DNA of 64,000 nt from Candidatus Woesearchaeota archaeon (GTDB lineage Archaea > Nanobdellota > Nanobdellia > Pacearchaeales > GW2011-AR1), in the NCBI GenBank assembly GCA_964575515.1, contig CAZNQS010000001.1, positions 5,403-69,402 of the forward strand, given 5' to 3'. Under the pieces are notes generated by a model that saw only the letters and a program-made list of their open reading frames with translations, had not been told where the DNA came from and did no database searches. Of the stretch, positions 35,918 to 45,889 are shown one piece after another (the stretch's first letter is position 1; the number at the start of each line of letters is the position of its first letter). Position numbers and translations under genes: made by a program.

Positions 35918-36310
35918 TTATATTGCCTCTTTAGCCTGCCTAGTAGAAATGCCAAGAGATATAAGAAATGAAGACGCGTCTCTTTTATCCTTATAATTTA
36001 AGGTGACAAATTTCGCCTTGGCCTTCCTGCATATCTTTATGTTTTGGACTATTTTTCCAAGTGTTGTCGCCTTCGCCTTTTTTTCCAGTTTTCTTAACTC
36101 ATTTAAATCAATTCCAATCGCTACTTTATTTCTTGCAGCAATTCTGGCCAGAACATGATTCAAGCCAGAGTCCAAGAGCAAAATGTCAAAATTTCCATAT
36201 TCCAGTATTTTTCTGTTGAATTCGCCGCCCTGCGCTTTTACTATTATTGGCATTTCCATGCAATTTCTGATTTCTTTCTTTGCTTTTTCTATGTTTGAGG
36301 TGTGTATCAT
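35918..36310 (-). CDS. short RNase P subunit Rpp30-like protein (tentative)
   Basis: NHVLARIAARNKVAIGIDLNEL.. and AKFVTLNYKDKRDASSFLISLG resemble the C-terminal half of Rpp30, but it is only 130 aa. Confidence 0.4.
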   Translation of the reverse strand: MIHTSNIEKAKKEIRNCMEMPIIVKAQGGEFNRKILEYGNFDILLLDSGLNHVLARIAARNKVAIGIDLNELRKLEKKAKATTLGKIVQNIKICRKAKAKFVTLNYKDKRDASSFLISLGISTRQAKEAI

Positions 36311-36371
36311 TTTACAAAAATCGCTAATTAATTATATAAATCTTTATTAAACTAGATTATACGATAAAATT

Positions 36372-36656
36372 ATGCCTAAAAATAGTTGGGAATTATGGGG
36401 AATTATAATAGCCATAATAGAATTTAATATAAATTATTTTGTTTATAGTAGGACAGGATCAATTTCTAATGTTTTAATGATAATCATAGTTTCTTTAATA
36501 TTTGCTTTAGCTTTTATTTTATCTGACATTTATTCCAAAATTAAAAGCATTGAAGATAATAAAGACGAAATTAACAAAAAGATTATAAGGGATAAAGAAT
36601 TAGAAGATATAAGATTAGATTTAAGAGAAATGAGGAGGCAGATATTCAAAAAATGA
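36372..36656 (+). CDS. small membrane protein
   Basis: Two TM segments plus a charged tail. A 37-aa TM ORF (36653-36766) overlaps its stop as ATGA. Confidence 0.4.
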   Translation: MPKNSWELWGIIIAIIEFNINYFVYSRTGSISNVLMIIIVSLIFALAFILSDIYSKIKSIEDNKDEINKKIIRDKELEDIRLDLREMRRQIFKK

Positions 36657-36767
36657 GGAAAGATAAATACCCTGTTGAAGCGCTTATACAGATTATTAAA
36701 ATTGCGGCTATAGCGATAATAGGCTTTATAATTATTAAGGCTCTTTTAGGTGCTGCTGTAAGCTAAC

Positions 36768-37454
36768 TCATCCTTTAATTATTGTTCCTTCAAATTTCCG
36801 ATTTCTTAAAACTTTCTCCAAATTTGCCAAGCTATTTCCGATTATAAAAGTTGGAATTTTATGCTTCTTTATCAGCACAGCAGCATTCTGATCCAAAACA
36901 AAATGCTGCCCTGGAGTATGCCTTATCTTAAGCGCTTTGTTTTCAAACTCCTTCCATGAAATCTTCCTGATTAATCTTGCGTCTTTATGCTCTCGCGGGT
37001 CTTTTGTGTAAAGCCCGTTTACATTTGTTACATTAACGAAATCTGTATTAAAAAAATGCGCCAGCTTGGCAGCAGTCGTATCAGAAGTTGAATTTTCTGC
37101 AAATCTCAATGCCCCGCAGATAACAATATAGTTCTTTCTTAAATTATCTTTTACATCTTCCATATCCAATGGCAATTTGTCATTTGCTTCTTTCCCAAAA
37201 AACTGCATCATAAATTGGGCATTCATTCTCGTCGCCCTAATGCCTGCCATTGATAATTGCTTTTGCGGCTTGTGGTCCAATTTCAAAACAGAAATGTATT
37301 TCCTCGCTATAGTGCCTCCCCCACAGACAATAACAAACCTATGCGTATCATAATATCGCCTGAGCAAATGCTTGAATCCCTCTAAGAATTCTGCATCCAT
37401 CTTTTCCGGCACTATTAAAGAGCCCCCTAAAGAAATTACAACTGCTTTTTTCAT
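36768..37454 (-). CDS. pyrH: uridylate kinase (archaeal PyrH)
   Basis: VISLGGSLI, VCGGG.IARKY and the amino-acid-kinase fold pattern. Confidence 0.85.
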   Translation of the reverse strand: MKKAVVISLGGSLIVPEKMDAEFLEGFKHLLRRYYDTHRFVIVCGGGTIARKYISVLKLDHKPQKQLSMAGIRATRMNAQFMMQFFGKEANDKLPLDMEDVKDNLRKNYIVICGALRFAENSTSDTTAAKLAHFFNTDFVNVTNVNGLYTKDPREHKDARLIRKISWKEFENKALKIRHTPGQHFVLDQNAAVLIKKHKIPTFIIGNSLANLEKVLRNRKFEGTIIKG

Positions 37455-37624
37455 AAATTAATAAAGATGGGAGTTTTTATAAAACTTGTTAAGTATTATA
37501 TTTGATGCAGGAAGATGATATTTGGCAGAATAATAAATATAATACTTATGATGTTATCATTTGGATTTGTATATTAATTTTAATCAGCTATGTTATTGCC
37601 AAGTTATTTGATTTAATTTAATTT

Positions 37625-38224
37625 TCACTTGAAAATCTCCCCATTTTCCTGACTCCACCACAATAAATCAAGCTCATCCGCGGGAATAGAAACACTCTTG
37701 GCGAAATTAAGAAAAATATTCTCTATCTCAAGATAATTTTTTCTATTTTTGACCTTGCTGTCGCTTATTAAATTCAAAGCAAATAAATTTCTCAAAATGT
37801 GCCTGTCAAGGATTGCAATCTTATTGTCAGATTTTCCTATATTTCGCAGAAAATGAGAAGCCTCTTTCAGCCCGTATCCATTAACATTCTCTGCTATAAA
37901 ATTCCTCAATTCCTTCCCATTCATGTCATTCAAAAATAATTTAATATTGCTCCATTCGCTCTTCGCATTTAAAATCCTCTTTGTCTTTATTACATGAAAT
38001 CTGGTTTTAGTTTTTAAAATATCAAAAACTTTTTCCTTGTCAACTCTCTTTAATTTTGAAATTTCTTCTACTGCCCCCCAGCATCTTTGGGCGTTGCTTT
38101 GCGGCGTTAACAAGCAAAACATAAATTCCTTGAACTGCTCGTCATCAGACAATTTCTTAAAACTAATCAAACGAGATTTTATCTTATCTTTATAAATTTT
38201 ATATTGCTCCAAAAGATTATGCAT
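37625..38224 (-). CDS. ogg: 8-oxoguanine DNA glycosylase/AP lyase, archaeal Ogg2 type
   Basis: CLLTPQSNA.. and NGYGLKEASHFLRNIG..AILDRHI (HhH-GPD with the catalytic Lys/Asp context). Confidence 0.8.
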   Translation of the reverse strand: MHNLLEQYKIYKDKIKSRLISFKKLSDDEQFKEFMFCLLTPQSNAQRCWGAVEEISKLKRVDKEKVFDILKTKTRFHVIKTKRILNAKSEWSNIKLFLNDMNGKELRNFIAENVNGYGLKEASHFLRNIGKSDNKIAILDRHILRNLFALNLISDSKVKNRKNYLEIENIFLNFAKSVSIPADELDLLWWSQENGEIFK

Positions 38225-38383
38225 AATATTAACTATTTGCTTAACTAAAAAATCTTTCTATAGATAATTCCCTTGATTGTAACACATGTTTGGGAATTAT
38301 CTATCACGGGGATTCTGGACAAATATGTGCTACAATTACCAGAATTCACGATATTATAAATCCCTAAGTATAGTTCTTTAATT

Positions 38384-39076
38384 TTATCTTCTGTATCTAA
38401 AGCCATATTGGGCTTGTTGCGCCCGCATTTTCTCAATATAAAAGCGAGTTCCGACAAATTCAGAGACAACAGCAGTAACTATAATATTATCCAAGGCTGC
38501 TTTAAAGACGCCCTGAATAATAGGAATTCTCGTCCTTTCAGAAACATTTTTCATTATCTCATTTATCTCGTCTTCTGCCAATACAACAGGCGTTGTCTGT
38601 ATCGCCCCAAATTTATGCACTAAAACATTCTTTCCTGCTCCAGGGCATTCTATCCCTAAAACCGCAGGATCGTTGAGAAATGGGATTAGTCTCCCTAATA
38701 GCACTCTCTCTCCTATAATAGATAATCTCGGCTGAATTTTCATTAAAGGCGTTGCTCTTCTTATATATGGAAATGCATCGCCTCTTTGCTGAAAATGTGA
38801 AGGAATTAACTCGCCTGAAATCTCCCTTACTTCTGGACTAATCTTCTGCTGCTTAACAGGCCCTATAATTTCGCCGGCGCCTAAATGAGATATGTCTGTT
38901 CCAATACTTGGCATATATCCAACTTTTTCTTCGGCAAGCGCCCCCGCAACAACTGGCTCGCCCACTTCATGAGATAATTCATGCCCAAGTTTAGGCGCAA
39001 TGTTCATAATAAGCGTTTCTACAAAACTTCTCAAAAATATCTCCCTCTCTCTTAATTCTTTTTTCTCGTTAGACAT
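38384..39076 (-). CDS. stand-alone GspE/FlaI-type N-terminal domain protein (no ATPase domain)
   Basis: LNDPAVLGIECPGAGKNVLVHKFG....RFYIEK resembles the T2SSE N-domain. No Walker A follows before the next gene. Confidence 0.45.
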   Translation of the reverse strand: MSNEKKELREREIFLRSFVETLIMNIAPKLGHELSHEVGEPVVAGALAEEKVGYMPSIGTDISHLGAGEIIGPVKQQKISPEVREISGELIPSHFQQRGDAFPYIRRATPLMKIQPRLSIIGERVLLGRLIPFLNDPAVLGIECPGAGKNVLVHKFGAIQTTPVVLAEDEINEIMKNVSERTRIPIIQGVFKAALDNIIVTAVVSEFVGTRFYIEKMRAQQAQYGFRYRR

Positions 39077-39077
39077 C

Positions 39078-39464
39078 TTAGAAGCGGGGCAATGGCCTGC
39101 TCATCCTCATCTGATTATCCTCTCCATGCTCATCCTGCTCTATCCCTGTATTTGGAGTATACACCTTTCTTCTCATGTGCTCTTCAAGCAATGTAAGTCC
39201 CTTCGCAATAGTCTTATTCTGCTCAAGCAATTTGTCTATCTTGTCAAAGAATTCCCTGTCGCTCTCCATCCTGCCAGGCTGCTGTTTGGAGAAACTCTTC
39301 GCAGCAAGCTCAAATAACGCCAGCAAACTGGATATTTCTTTTGCCAATTTGTCAAATTTTTCAGCCATATCTGTGTGTATCTTCTCAAGCTTTATAATAT
39401 TCTCAAGCAGCTTGTCATCCAAGCGAGAATCATTCTCCCTAGCGACGCTCCTCTTTTTCGGCAT
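39078..39464 (-). CDS. coiled-coil hypothetical protein
   Basis: Start at 39464 (MPKKRS..), with a TATA-like catttataaac about 25 nt upstream. Confidence 0.45.
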   Translation of the reverse strand: MPKKRSVARENDSRLDDKLLENIIKLEKIHTDMAEKFDKLAKEISSLLALFELAAKSFSKQQPGRMESDREFFDKIDKLLEQNKTIAKGLTLLEEHMRRKVYTPNTGIEQDEHGEDNQMRMSRPLPRF

Positions 39465-39591
39465 ATTCAAATTAAGGGTATTTTGTTTATAAATGTTTTT
39501 AATAGAAACAAATAATATATAGCTATCTCTTGTAAGTAATAACATAACAGAAATCTTTATAAAGATTCCAAATCAAAACTTTTTAAGGAAA

Positions 39592-40875
39592 ATGTCAGAA
39601 TTAGAAAGCAGAATAAATAAGCGTGAAAAGATGAACAGGGCATATTTGAGAGAACAAAGAATTGATGCAATTAACAAAGCAATAGAAAATGGCTTAACCT
39701 CAGTCAGAGCCATAATGAGAGAAACAGGTCTTGCAAGAAGTACTATTTATTCGTTAGCCAGTCAAGAAGGAATTGCATTGCATAAAGGAAAAATAGGACG
39801 ATATAAAATAAACCAAATAAACCAAGAATCTCTTGCTCAAGCATTGGCAAACAATGTCAATTCACTCGAGGAACTTTGCAAAATAGGAGGATTTAGAACA
39901 CATGGAGGATTATGGAAATATTGTAATGAGCATAACATTAAATTGCCAAATTATATTCTACCTTGGAAGACAAGGCCTGAAATAGATGTTTTGATTGAGC
40001 AAGGATTAACACAAAGAGAGATTGCAAAGAATGTTGGGCTTTCATTCGAAAGAATAAGACAATATATTAATGAAAGCGGGCAGTATAACGAATACATGAG
40101 AATAAGGAAAGAGCAAAAAGAACTGCCTAAAAGAGAAGAAGAGCAGAGAAAACACTTGCTAAAAAATATAATTTATATGTTGAGAGAAAGAACACGAGAG
40201 CTAGCTAAGAAAGAAGGATGGGCTTGTGAAAAAGCAGTAGAATATCTGTATTCTACTAAAGATGGAGGCGGAAATTATCGCGTCAGCACTACTCCATTTT
40301 CTGATTTACAGAAAATATTCAAAAAATATGAAGATGCTGTTAATAAGGGCAAGAGAATTGCATTGCAAGAGTTAGCAGACGAAATTGATACTTATCCTTC
40401 TCAGAGTAGAAAAATTCTTCAAAGAGTAGGTTTAGAACCAATGTATGGAAAAAAAGAAATGAAAATACATTATCGCGGTGAAAAGATAGAAGCTACAAAT
40501 CGTGGACTTAAAACAGATTTTTCACGCCATGATATCGCTTATTTTTTAAATCTGCCAGAATACATTCCAGGGCTAAGATATAACGCGATGCGGATTCATA
40601 GAGGGAAAAGAAGCCGGGCTGCTCAACTTGGTTCAAAATTTTTAACCTATCGTTTGGCAAGTCAGATTTATGAGGCGCAGGATTGCGGCTTCCTAGATGA
40701 GATAGCTGAATTAGCAGATGCAAGCGATGATATAGTAGATTTCGCCCTATTTCTTAGAAAAGAAGTTGAGCCTAAGATAATAAAAGGATTAAGAGTTTTG
40801 TATAATGATAAAACTATTGCCAAACCATATGTAACAAAAAAGATGCGAGAGAAATTAGAAAAAGAAGATAGGTAG
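39592..40875 (+). CDS. multi-HTH DNA-binding protein
   Basis: At least three HTH-like units, e.g. GLTSVRAIMRETGLARSTIYSL and GLTQREIAKNVGLSFERIRQYI. Confidence 0.5.
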   Translation: MSELESRINKREKMNRAYLREQRIDAINKAIENGLTSVRAIMRETGLARSTIYSLASQEGIALHKGKIGRYKINQINQESLAQALANNVNSLEELCKIGGFRTHGGLWKYCNEHNIKLPNYILPWKTRPEIDVLIEQGLTQREIAKNVGLSFERIRQYINESGQYNEYMRIRKEQKELPKREEEQRKHLLKNIIYMLRERTRELAKKEGWACEKAVEYLYSTKDGGGNYRVSTTPFSDLQKIFKKYEDAVNKGKRIALQELADEIDTYPSQSRKILQRVGLEPMYGKKEMKIHYRGEKIEATNRGLKTDFSRHDIAYFLNLPEYIPGLRYNAMRIHRGKRSRAAQLGSKFLTYRLASQIYEAQDCGFLDEIAELADASDDIVDFALFLRKEVEPKIIKGLRVLYNDKTIAKPYVTKKMREKLEKEDR

Positions 40876-40907
40876 ATTTTTAATACTCTAAAATTCACAT
40901 AAAATAA

Positions 40908-40978
40908 GGGTGCGTATTTTAATGGTAGAATATCTGCCTCCAGAGCAGAAGACGGGGGTTCGATTCCCTCCGCGCCCA
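40908..40978 (+). tRNA. tRNA-Trp(CCA)
   Basis: Acceptor GGGTGCG/CGCGCCC, anticodon arm TCTGC-CTCCAGA-GCAGA, and T arm GGGGG-TTCGATT-CCCTC. Confidence 0.85.
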
Positions 40979-41033
40979 TTACTACTTTTTTAAATAACAA
41001 ATTTGCCATAAAGCTTAAAAAGATAGTTTATAT

Positions 41034-41402
41034 TTGAAAAATATGAATTTAAAACAGACTTTAAGTATTGGATTATTGGGATTATTGGGATGCGAAGATT
41101 CAAATGCACCAATGCAGGCGGAAGCTGCTCCTGCTGGAAATCAGTATTCTGTTAATAGGGTTCTAAGCAAAAATGAAGAAGTAGAAATAATTTCTGAAGC
41201 GAGAGTAGGTGAGAGATATGGATTTACTGTAAAAGATAAAGATAATAAATTTTGGACATTTGGAACTTATTTACAAGATGCAGCTGCTATTGATTCAAGA
41301 ATAGATAAAGGAGATATTATTAAAATTCGTAGAGACTTGGAGGATGGCGAAAAAATAAGTTATATAGAGTGGATTGAAGTTATAAAAAAAGCTTCTCAAT
41401 AG
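41034..41402 (+). CDS. putative lipoprotein
   Basis: Lipobox-like LLGLLGC after the signal sequence. Confidence 0.45.
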   Translation: MKNMNLKQTLSIGLLGLLGCEDSNAPMQAEAAPAGNQYSVNRVLSKNEEVEIISEARVGERYGFTVKDKDNKFWTFGTYLQDAAAIDSRIDKGDIIKIRRDLEDGEKISYIEWIEVIKKASQ

Positions 41403-41424
41403 TTTTTTATACTTAAATTTTTAA

Positions 41425-42093
41425 TTATAATCTTTTCAAAATCTCAATCTCCTCAAATGAAACAGCAGAGCCCTTGAATTTTGTTGCATAAAGCGCCCCT
41501 TCTAACGCATTTGAACCATTAACGCCAAGCAGTCCCTTCTTATAAGCAACATAAACAAGCTCTGTGGAGCGGATAAATCTGAAATTCTTAAACTCTTCTA
41601 AATCGCAGGAAACATTCACATCCATGTGCATCTTGCCAGACATCAGCTTCTCAAGATTTTCAGGCTTTTCCCCAAGCAGGCGCGTAGTTCTCTCGTCAAT
41701 TGCTATAATATTATCAATTTTCTTTTTGTTCAATTCCTCGCTTAAGGCAAGGCAGGAAGCCTCTGCCTCACTGATAATATCCACTGCTTTATCCTTGACT
41801 TTCACGCACATATTCACTCCCTTCATTAGCCTAATGCTTTCCTTTTTAATCAGCTTATTATCTACAATAGAATTAGGAAGCTCTATAACCTTCTCGTCTA
41901 AAAGATTCTGAATTTTTAAGGCGCTAAGCTCAAATCTCGGCATCTTCATCGGCCTGTCAATTATCTCGTATTTAACAGCATCTGTAATAAGAAATTTCCC
42001 AGAAAAATTCTTTTTCAAATTTTCCAATACATAAAGCAGCCCGTTTAAAGATAAATTGATTATAGGTCCAGAGTCAAATATCAGGATTTTCAT
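41425..42093 (-). CDS. PIN-like domain protein (tentative)
   Basis: N-terminal MKILIFDSGPIINL with acidic residues downstream. Confidence 0.4.
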   Translation of the reverse strand: MKILIFDSGPIINLSLNGLLYVLENLKKNFSGKFLITDAVKYEIIDRPMKMPRFELSALKIQNLLDEKVIELPNSIVDNKLIKKESIRLMKGVNMCVKVKDKAVDIISEAEASCLALSEELNKKKIDNIIAIDERTTRLLGEKPENLEKLMSGKMHMDVNVSCDLEEFKNFRFIRSTELVYVAYKKGLLGVNGSNALEGALYATKFKGSAVSFEEIEILKRL

Positions 42094-42145
42094 TTTTGAT
42101 ATCTCATTACATAATTTCTTTTTTCATATTTTGCTAATTTTATAG

Positions 42146-42718
42146 TCATGCAAAAAACTCCAGCGCCATTTTGGCTCTTTTTTTAATTTCCAATGCGTCA
42201 CTCATTTTCATGTCAGCAATCTTGCTCTGCCCTGTATATTCCAGTAATTCCCATTCGCTTATTCCCAGTAATCTGGCAGCCTGCCCAAGTGAAATGCCAT
42301 GCTCATAAATTCTGGCTCCTTTATTTATAGAAGCCTTCCTTATAACTTCTTGAACATACTGCCTGAAATCTTTCGATACAGATTCCAAAATCTTGCGAGC
42401 TTCCCACATATTTGAAGCATACGATTCATTGTCATTCTTTTTCAGCGCAGAAATAGTCCTATCAATCACAAAATTAAACTTCCTAACAAAGTCATCCCAA
42501 TTTCCAATTCTCTCATAATCCCTGCGCTCAATTAACTTGCTAAGCGCATATATCAAAACAGCAGTTGTAATGCTCCCTGCGTCCTGATACGAGCATGAAG
42601 AATGAATCGTCCTGTCAGAAAGCTCTCTTAATTTAGCAGCATCCTTGTTAATTAGTGCCTTTTTCGCTTCATCCAAAACATCCATGGCATTACGACATTC
42701 CTCTTTTTCCAGCAACAT
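42146..42718 (-). CDS. hypothetical protein with a C-terminal HTH
   Basis: ISLGQAARLLGISEWELLEY. Confidence 0.4.
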   Translation of the reverse strand: MLLEKEECRNAMDVLDEAKKALINKDAAKLRELSDRTIHSSCSYQDAGSITTAVLIYALSKLIERRDYERIGNWDDFVRKFNFVIDRTISALKKNDNESYASNMWEARKILESVSKDFRQYVQEVIRKASINKGARIYEHGISLGQAARLLGISEWELLEYTGQSKIADMKMSDALEIKKRAKMALEFFA

Positions 42719-42768
42719 TATTTTAAAAATAAGGAAGAATATATATAGTTATTTATGATAATAAAAAA

Positions 42769-43140
42769 ATGGAAGTTCTATTAGATGCAAATTTCATAAT
42801 CTCCTGCATATTAAAAAAAATTGATTTTCAATCGCAACTTGAAGAAAAAGGGTTCAAAATAGTCGTTCCGCGAGAAGTTATACAGGAATTAAAGGACTTA
42901 AAATTTAGAAAAGGAATGTCGCATGAGGAAAGAACTGCAATTAACGTGGCCCTTGAAATTTTTTCTTCAAAAAAGATAAAGAAAATTGGCTTTGGCGAGA
43001 ATAAAGTTGACGATATGCTGATAAAAAAGGGAAAAGAAGGCGTTTATATCGCAACGTTAGACAGGGAGATAAAACGCCAGATTCCAAATAAAGTCATTAT
43101 TATAGATGCAAAAAAAGAAATAGGCTTTGAAAGAAGCTGA
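42769..43140 (+). CDS. Fcf1/Utp24-like PIN-domain endonuclease
   Basis: LLDANFII.. and YIATLDREIKRQI resemble archaeal Fcf1 homologues. Confidence 0.55.
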   Translation: MEVLLDANFIISCILKKIDFQSQLEEKGFKIVVPREVIQELKDLKFRKGMSHEERTAINVALEIFSSKKIKKIGFGENKVDDMLIKKGKEGVYIATLDREIKRQIPNKVIIIDAKKEIGFERS

Positions 43141-43177
43141 TGAAAAAATTTAAATATAAATCTTATTAATATCAAAC

Positions 43178-43438
43178 ATGGCAATAAAAACTAAAAGATT
43201 AAATCAAGCAACTCAAGTTCATGCAAGGCGAAGAAGAAGCCCATTGGCAGGCATATGGGGCTTTATTATATGGCTTGTAGGAATTCTGGTCTCTCTTGCA
43301 GTCAGCTTTGGCATGACGGACGGCACTTTAAGAATCCCATTCATCGCAGATATAATTACAATAATCGCCGGCTGGCTTGTTATCATTCTAACGCTTCTAG
43401 GTGTTCTATTGAAAATTATTGACAAACTAAGCAATTGA
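43178..43438 (+). CDS. small membrane protein
   Basis: Two TM segments. Confidence 0.4.
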   Translation: MAIKTKRLNQATQVHARRRRSPLAGIWGFIIWLVGILVSLAVSFGMTDGTLRIPFIADIITIIAGWLVIILTLLGVLLKIIDKLSN

Positions 43439-43505
43439 TTCTTTAGGAAATAATTAGGCATTCAAAAATTGTAACATTTATATAATATTTTTCTCAATAA
43501 ATATA

Positions 43506-44537
43506 ATGAAAAAGCTCTTAGTCATAGGTGGTGGTTTTGCCGGGACTCTTATCGCGAAAAAATTAGAGAAAAAATTTAATACAACGCTTATAGACGCAAA
43601 AGAGTATTTTGAATATACGCCAGGAATTTTAAGAACAATAGTAGAACCAAAACATCTAAAAAAAATACAAGTCTTGCATAAAAATTATCTAAAAAAAGCA
43701 AAAATTCTGATAGCTGGCGTTAAAGAGATTAATAAAAAATACGTAATAGCAAACAATAAAAAATTACGATATGATTATATTGTTATCTGTTCCGGCTCTG
43801 ATTACAATCCTCCGATAAAAGAGCAAAATGCCAGTATTACAATGCGGGCAAAACACCTGCAAGACTCTCATAATAAGCTATTAAAGGCAAAAGATATATT
43901 GCTTATAGGTGGAGGTCTGGTGGGCATAGAATTAGCGGCTGAAATATGTACCAATTATAAAAATAAAAATATAATGCTAGTTCATTCAGGCAAGCATCTT
44001 GTCCAAAGAAATAATCCGAAAACAATAAAATACGCAGAGAATTTTTTAGAGAAAAAAGGGGTTAAGCTATTATTAAATGAAAGAGTTAATAAAGAAAAAA
44101 GTGAAATATACGTAACGCAAACAGGAAAGAAAATTAAAGCAGACATGGCATTTCTCTCAACAGGAATCAAGCCTAATTCTGAATTTATGAAAACGAGTTT
44201 CCCAAAAGCTCTAAATGAAAATAATCAAATCAAAGTAAATGATTATTTACAAGTTGCAAATTATAAGAATATTTTCGCGGCAGGAGACATAACATCAATT
44301 AATGAAGAAAAAACAGCTCAAAATGCCAAAAGACAAGCTAAAGTTGTTATAAAGAATCTCTTAGCCTTAGAACAAGGCGAGCAATTAAAAAAATACAAAT
44401 CAAAAAAAACACTATTAGTAATCAGCCTAGGCAAATACAATGGAATATTAGAATATAAAAATATAGTTATATACGGGAAAATCCCCGCCCTATTGAAATG
44501 GTTGATTGAAAAATTGACGATGTGGAGATATAAATAA
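43506..44537 (+). CDS. FAD-dependent pyridine nucleotide-disulfide oxidoreductase (NDH-2/AIF-like)
   Basis: Dinucleotide folds VIGGGFAG and LIGGGLVGIE, plus FAAGDI. Confidence 0.75.
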   Translation: MKKLLVIGGGFAGTLIAKKLEKKFNTTLIDAKEYFEYTPGILRTIVEPKHLKKIQVLHKNYLKKAKILIAGVKEINKKYVIANNKKLRYDYIVICSGSDYNPPIKEQNASITMRAKHLQDSHNKLLKAKDILLIGGGLVGIELAAEICTNYKNKNIMLVHSGKHLVQRNNPKTIKYAENFLEKKGVKLLLNERVNKEKSEIYVTQTGKKIKADMAFLSTGIKPNSEFMKTSFPKALNENNQIKVNDYLQVANYKNIFAAGDITSINEEKTAQNAKRQAKVVIKNLLALEQGEQLKKYKSKKTLLVISLGKYNGILEYKNIVIYGKIPALLKWLIEKLTMWRYK

Positions 44538-44542
44538 TCGCC

Positions 44543-45808
44543 TTATTGCTTTTTCATAGACTTTTTTCCATTCATGTATTTTTGTAAAACATCTGGGATT
44601 TTTATTGAGCCGTCTTTTTGCTGGTAGTTTTCCGCAATACATACCATCATCCTTTGCGTTGCAATAGCAGTATTGTTTAAAGTATGAACAAATTTCAATT
44701 CATTTTTATCCTGATATTTTATATTGCTTCTTCTCGCCTGATAATCCAAGCAGTTTGAGCAAGAGCCAAGCTCCCTATAGCCTTTCTGCAGGGGAAACCA
44801 CCCCTCAAAATCAATTGTTTTTGTTGGCACTCTTCCTGTTTCCTGCGACGAAAGCACGACAAGCCTAAAAGGAATTTTCAAAAGCTTCAGCATTTCTTCT
44901 GAATTCTTTAGAATAAGCTCAAATTCTTTCCATGAATCCTCAGGCTTGCAAAAAACAAATTGCTCAACCTTTTCAAATTGGTGTATCCTAAATATTCCTT
45001 TTGTGTCTTTTCCATGAGAGCCAGCTTCTTTTCTAAAGCAAGTTGATATGCCAGCAAGCCTCATTGGAAGCTTATCTGCTTGCATAATCTCGTTCATGTA
45101 ATAGGCATTCAATGCGTGCTCTGCAGTTCCAATTAAGTATAAATCCTCGCCCTCTATCTTGTAAATCATTTCTTCAAAAGCAGCCAACGGAATAGCTCCT
45201 GACAAGGCACTCTTTCTTAGCATAAAAGGCGGCTGTATTAAATTAAATCCCTTCTTGCTCAAAAAATCCAATGCAAAATTAATTATGGCATAATTCAGCT
45301 TTACTAAATCATTCTTCAAATAATAAAATCTAGCTCCTGCAACCTCTGAAGCCTTTTTAGTGTCAAGCATATCCAAGCCTTCAAGCAGCTCAGCATGATC
45401 TTTCAAAAATTTCAACTTTTTAATTGTCCCATATTTTTTAATAATTCTATTATGCGAAGCATCCCCAACAGGAACGCTCTTGTCAATAATATTCGGAATG
45501 TCCATTAATATAGAATCCCTAAGCTCCTTGTTTTTCCCCATCAATACCTCTTTTTCCTCCAATAACCTCGGAATTTTTTTAGCCTCTTTCAATAAATCAT
45601 CTATCTTCCCATTCTCTTTTTTAGCCCTGTTAATCTCTTCAGAAATTTTATTCCTCTTGCTTCTTAAATTATCGACTTCTGCCTTCAGCTCTCTCCATTT
45701 TTTATCCAGCTCAACTATCTTATCAACATCGTCTGAAGGCAAGCCTCTTTTCTTCTGGCTCTCCCTAACAATTTCTGGATTCTCCCTAATGAGTTTAATG
45801 TCTATCAT
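44543..45808 (-). CDS. serS: seryl-tRNA synthetase
   Basis: N-terminal coiled-coil arm (MIDIKLIRENPE..) and class II motifs (FRKEAGSHGKDTKGIFRIHQF, NNTAIA). Confidence 0.93.
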   Translation of the reverse strand: MIDIKLIRENPEIVRESQKKRGLPSDDVDKIVELDKKWRELKAEVDNLRSKRNKISEEINRAKKENGKIDDLLKEAKKIPRLLEEKEVLMGKNKELRDSILMDIPNIIDKSVPVGDASHNRIIKKYGTIKKLKFLKDHAELLEGLDMLDTKKASEVAGARFYYLKNDLVKLNYAIINFALDFLSKKGFNLIQPPFMLRKSALSGAIPLAAFEEMIYKIEGEDLYLIGTAEHALNAYYMNEIMQADKLPMRLAGISTCFRKEAGSHGKDTKGIFRIHQFEKVEQFVFCKPEDSWKEFELILKNSEEMLKLLKIPFRLVVLSSQETGRVPTKTIDFEGWFPLQKGYRELGSCSNCLDYQARRSNIKYQDKNELKFVHTLNNTAIATQRMMVCIAENYQQKDGSIKIPDVLQKYMNGKKSMKKQ

Positions 45809-45889
45809 ATAATCACAATAGCTTTAACATTATATAAATTTAACACCAAATTTATAAACTCCCAAGCTATCAATATTCAAGGTGATAAA

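Noticed and set aside
38245-38469. 74-aa ORF overlapping the end of the secretion-ATPase N-domain gene.
   Set aside because: It is in a different frame, has no motif and overlaps by 86 nt. It is probably non-coding or a relic of the lost ATPase domain.
40668-41009. 113-aa ORF on the minus strand.
   Set aside because: It overlaps tRNA-Trp (40908-40978) and the 3' end of the multi-HTH gene, and part of its peptide is just the translated tRNA.
41075-41100. The tandem repeat ttgggattattgggattattggga as a possible repeat array.
   Set aside because: It lies inside the signal peptide of the lipoprotein ORF (IGLLGLLGC) and is a trivial coding repeat. No CRISPR-like arrays exist in the window.
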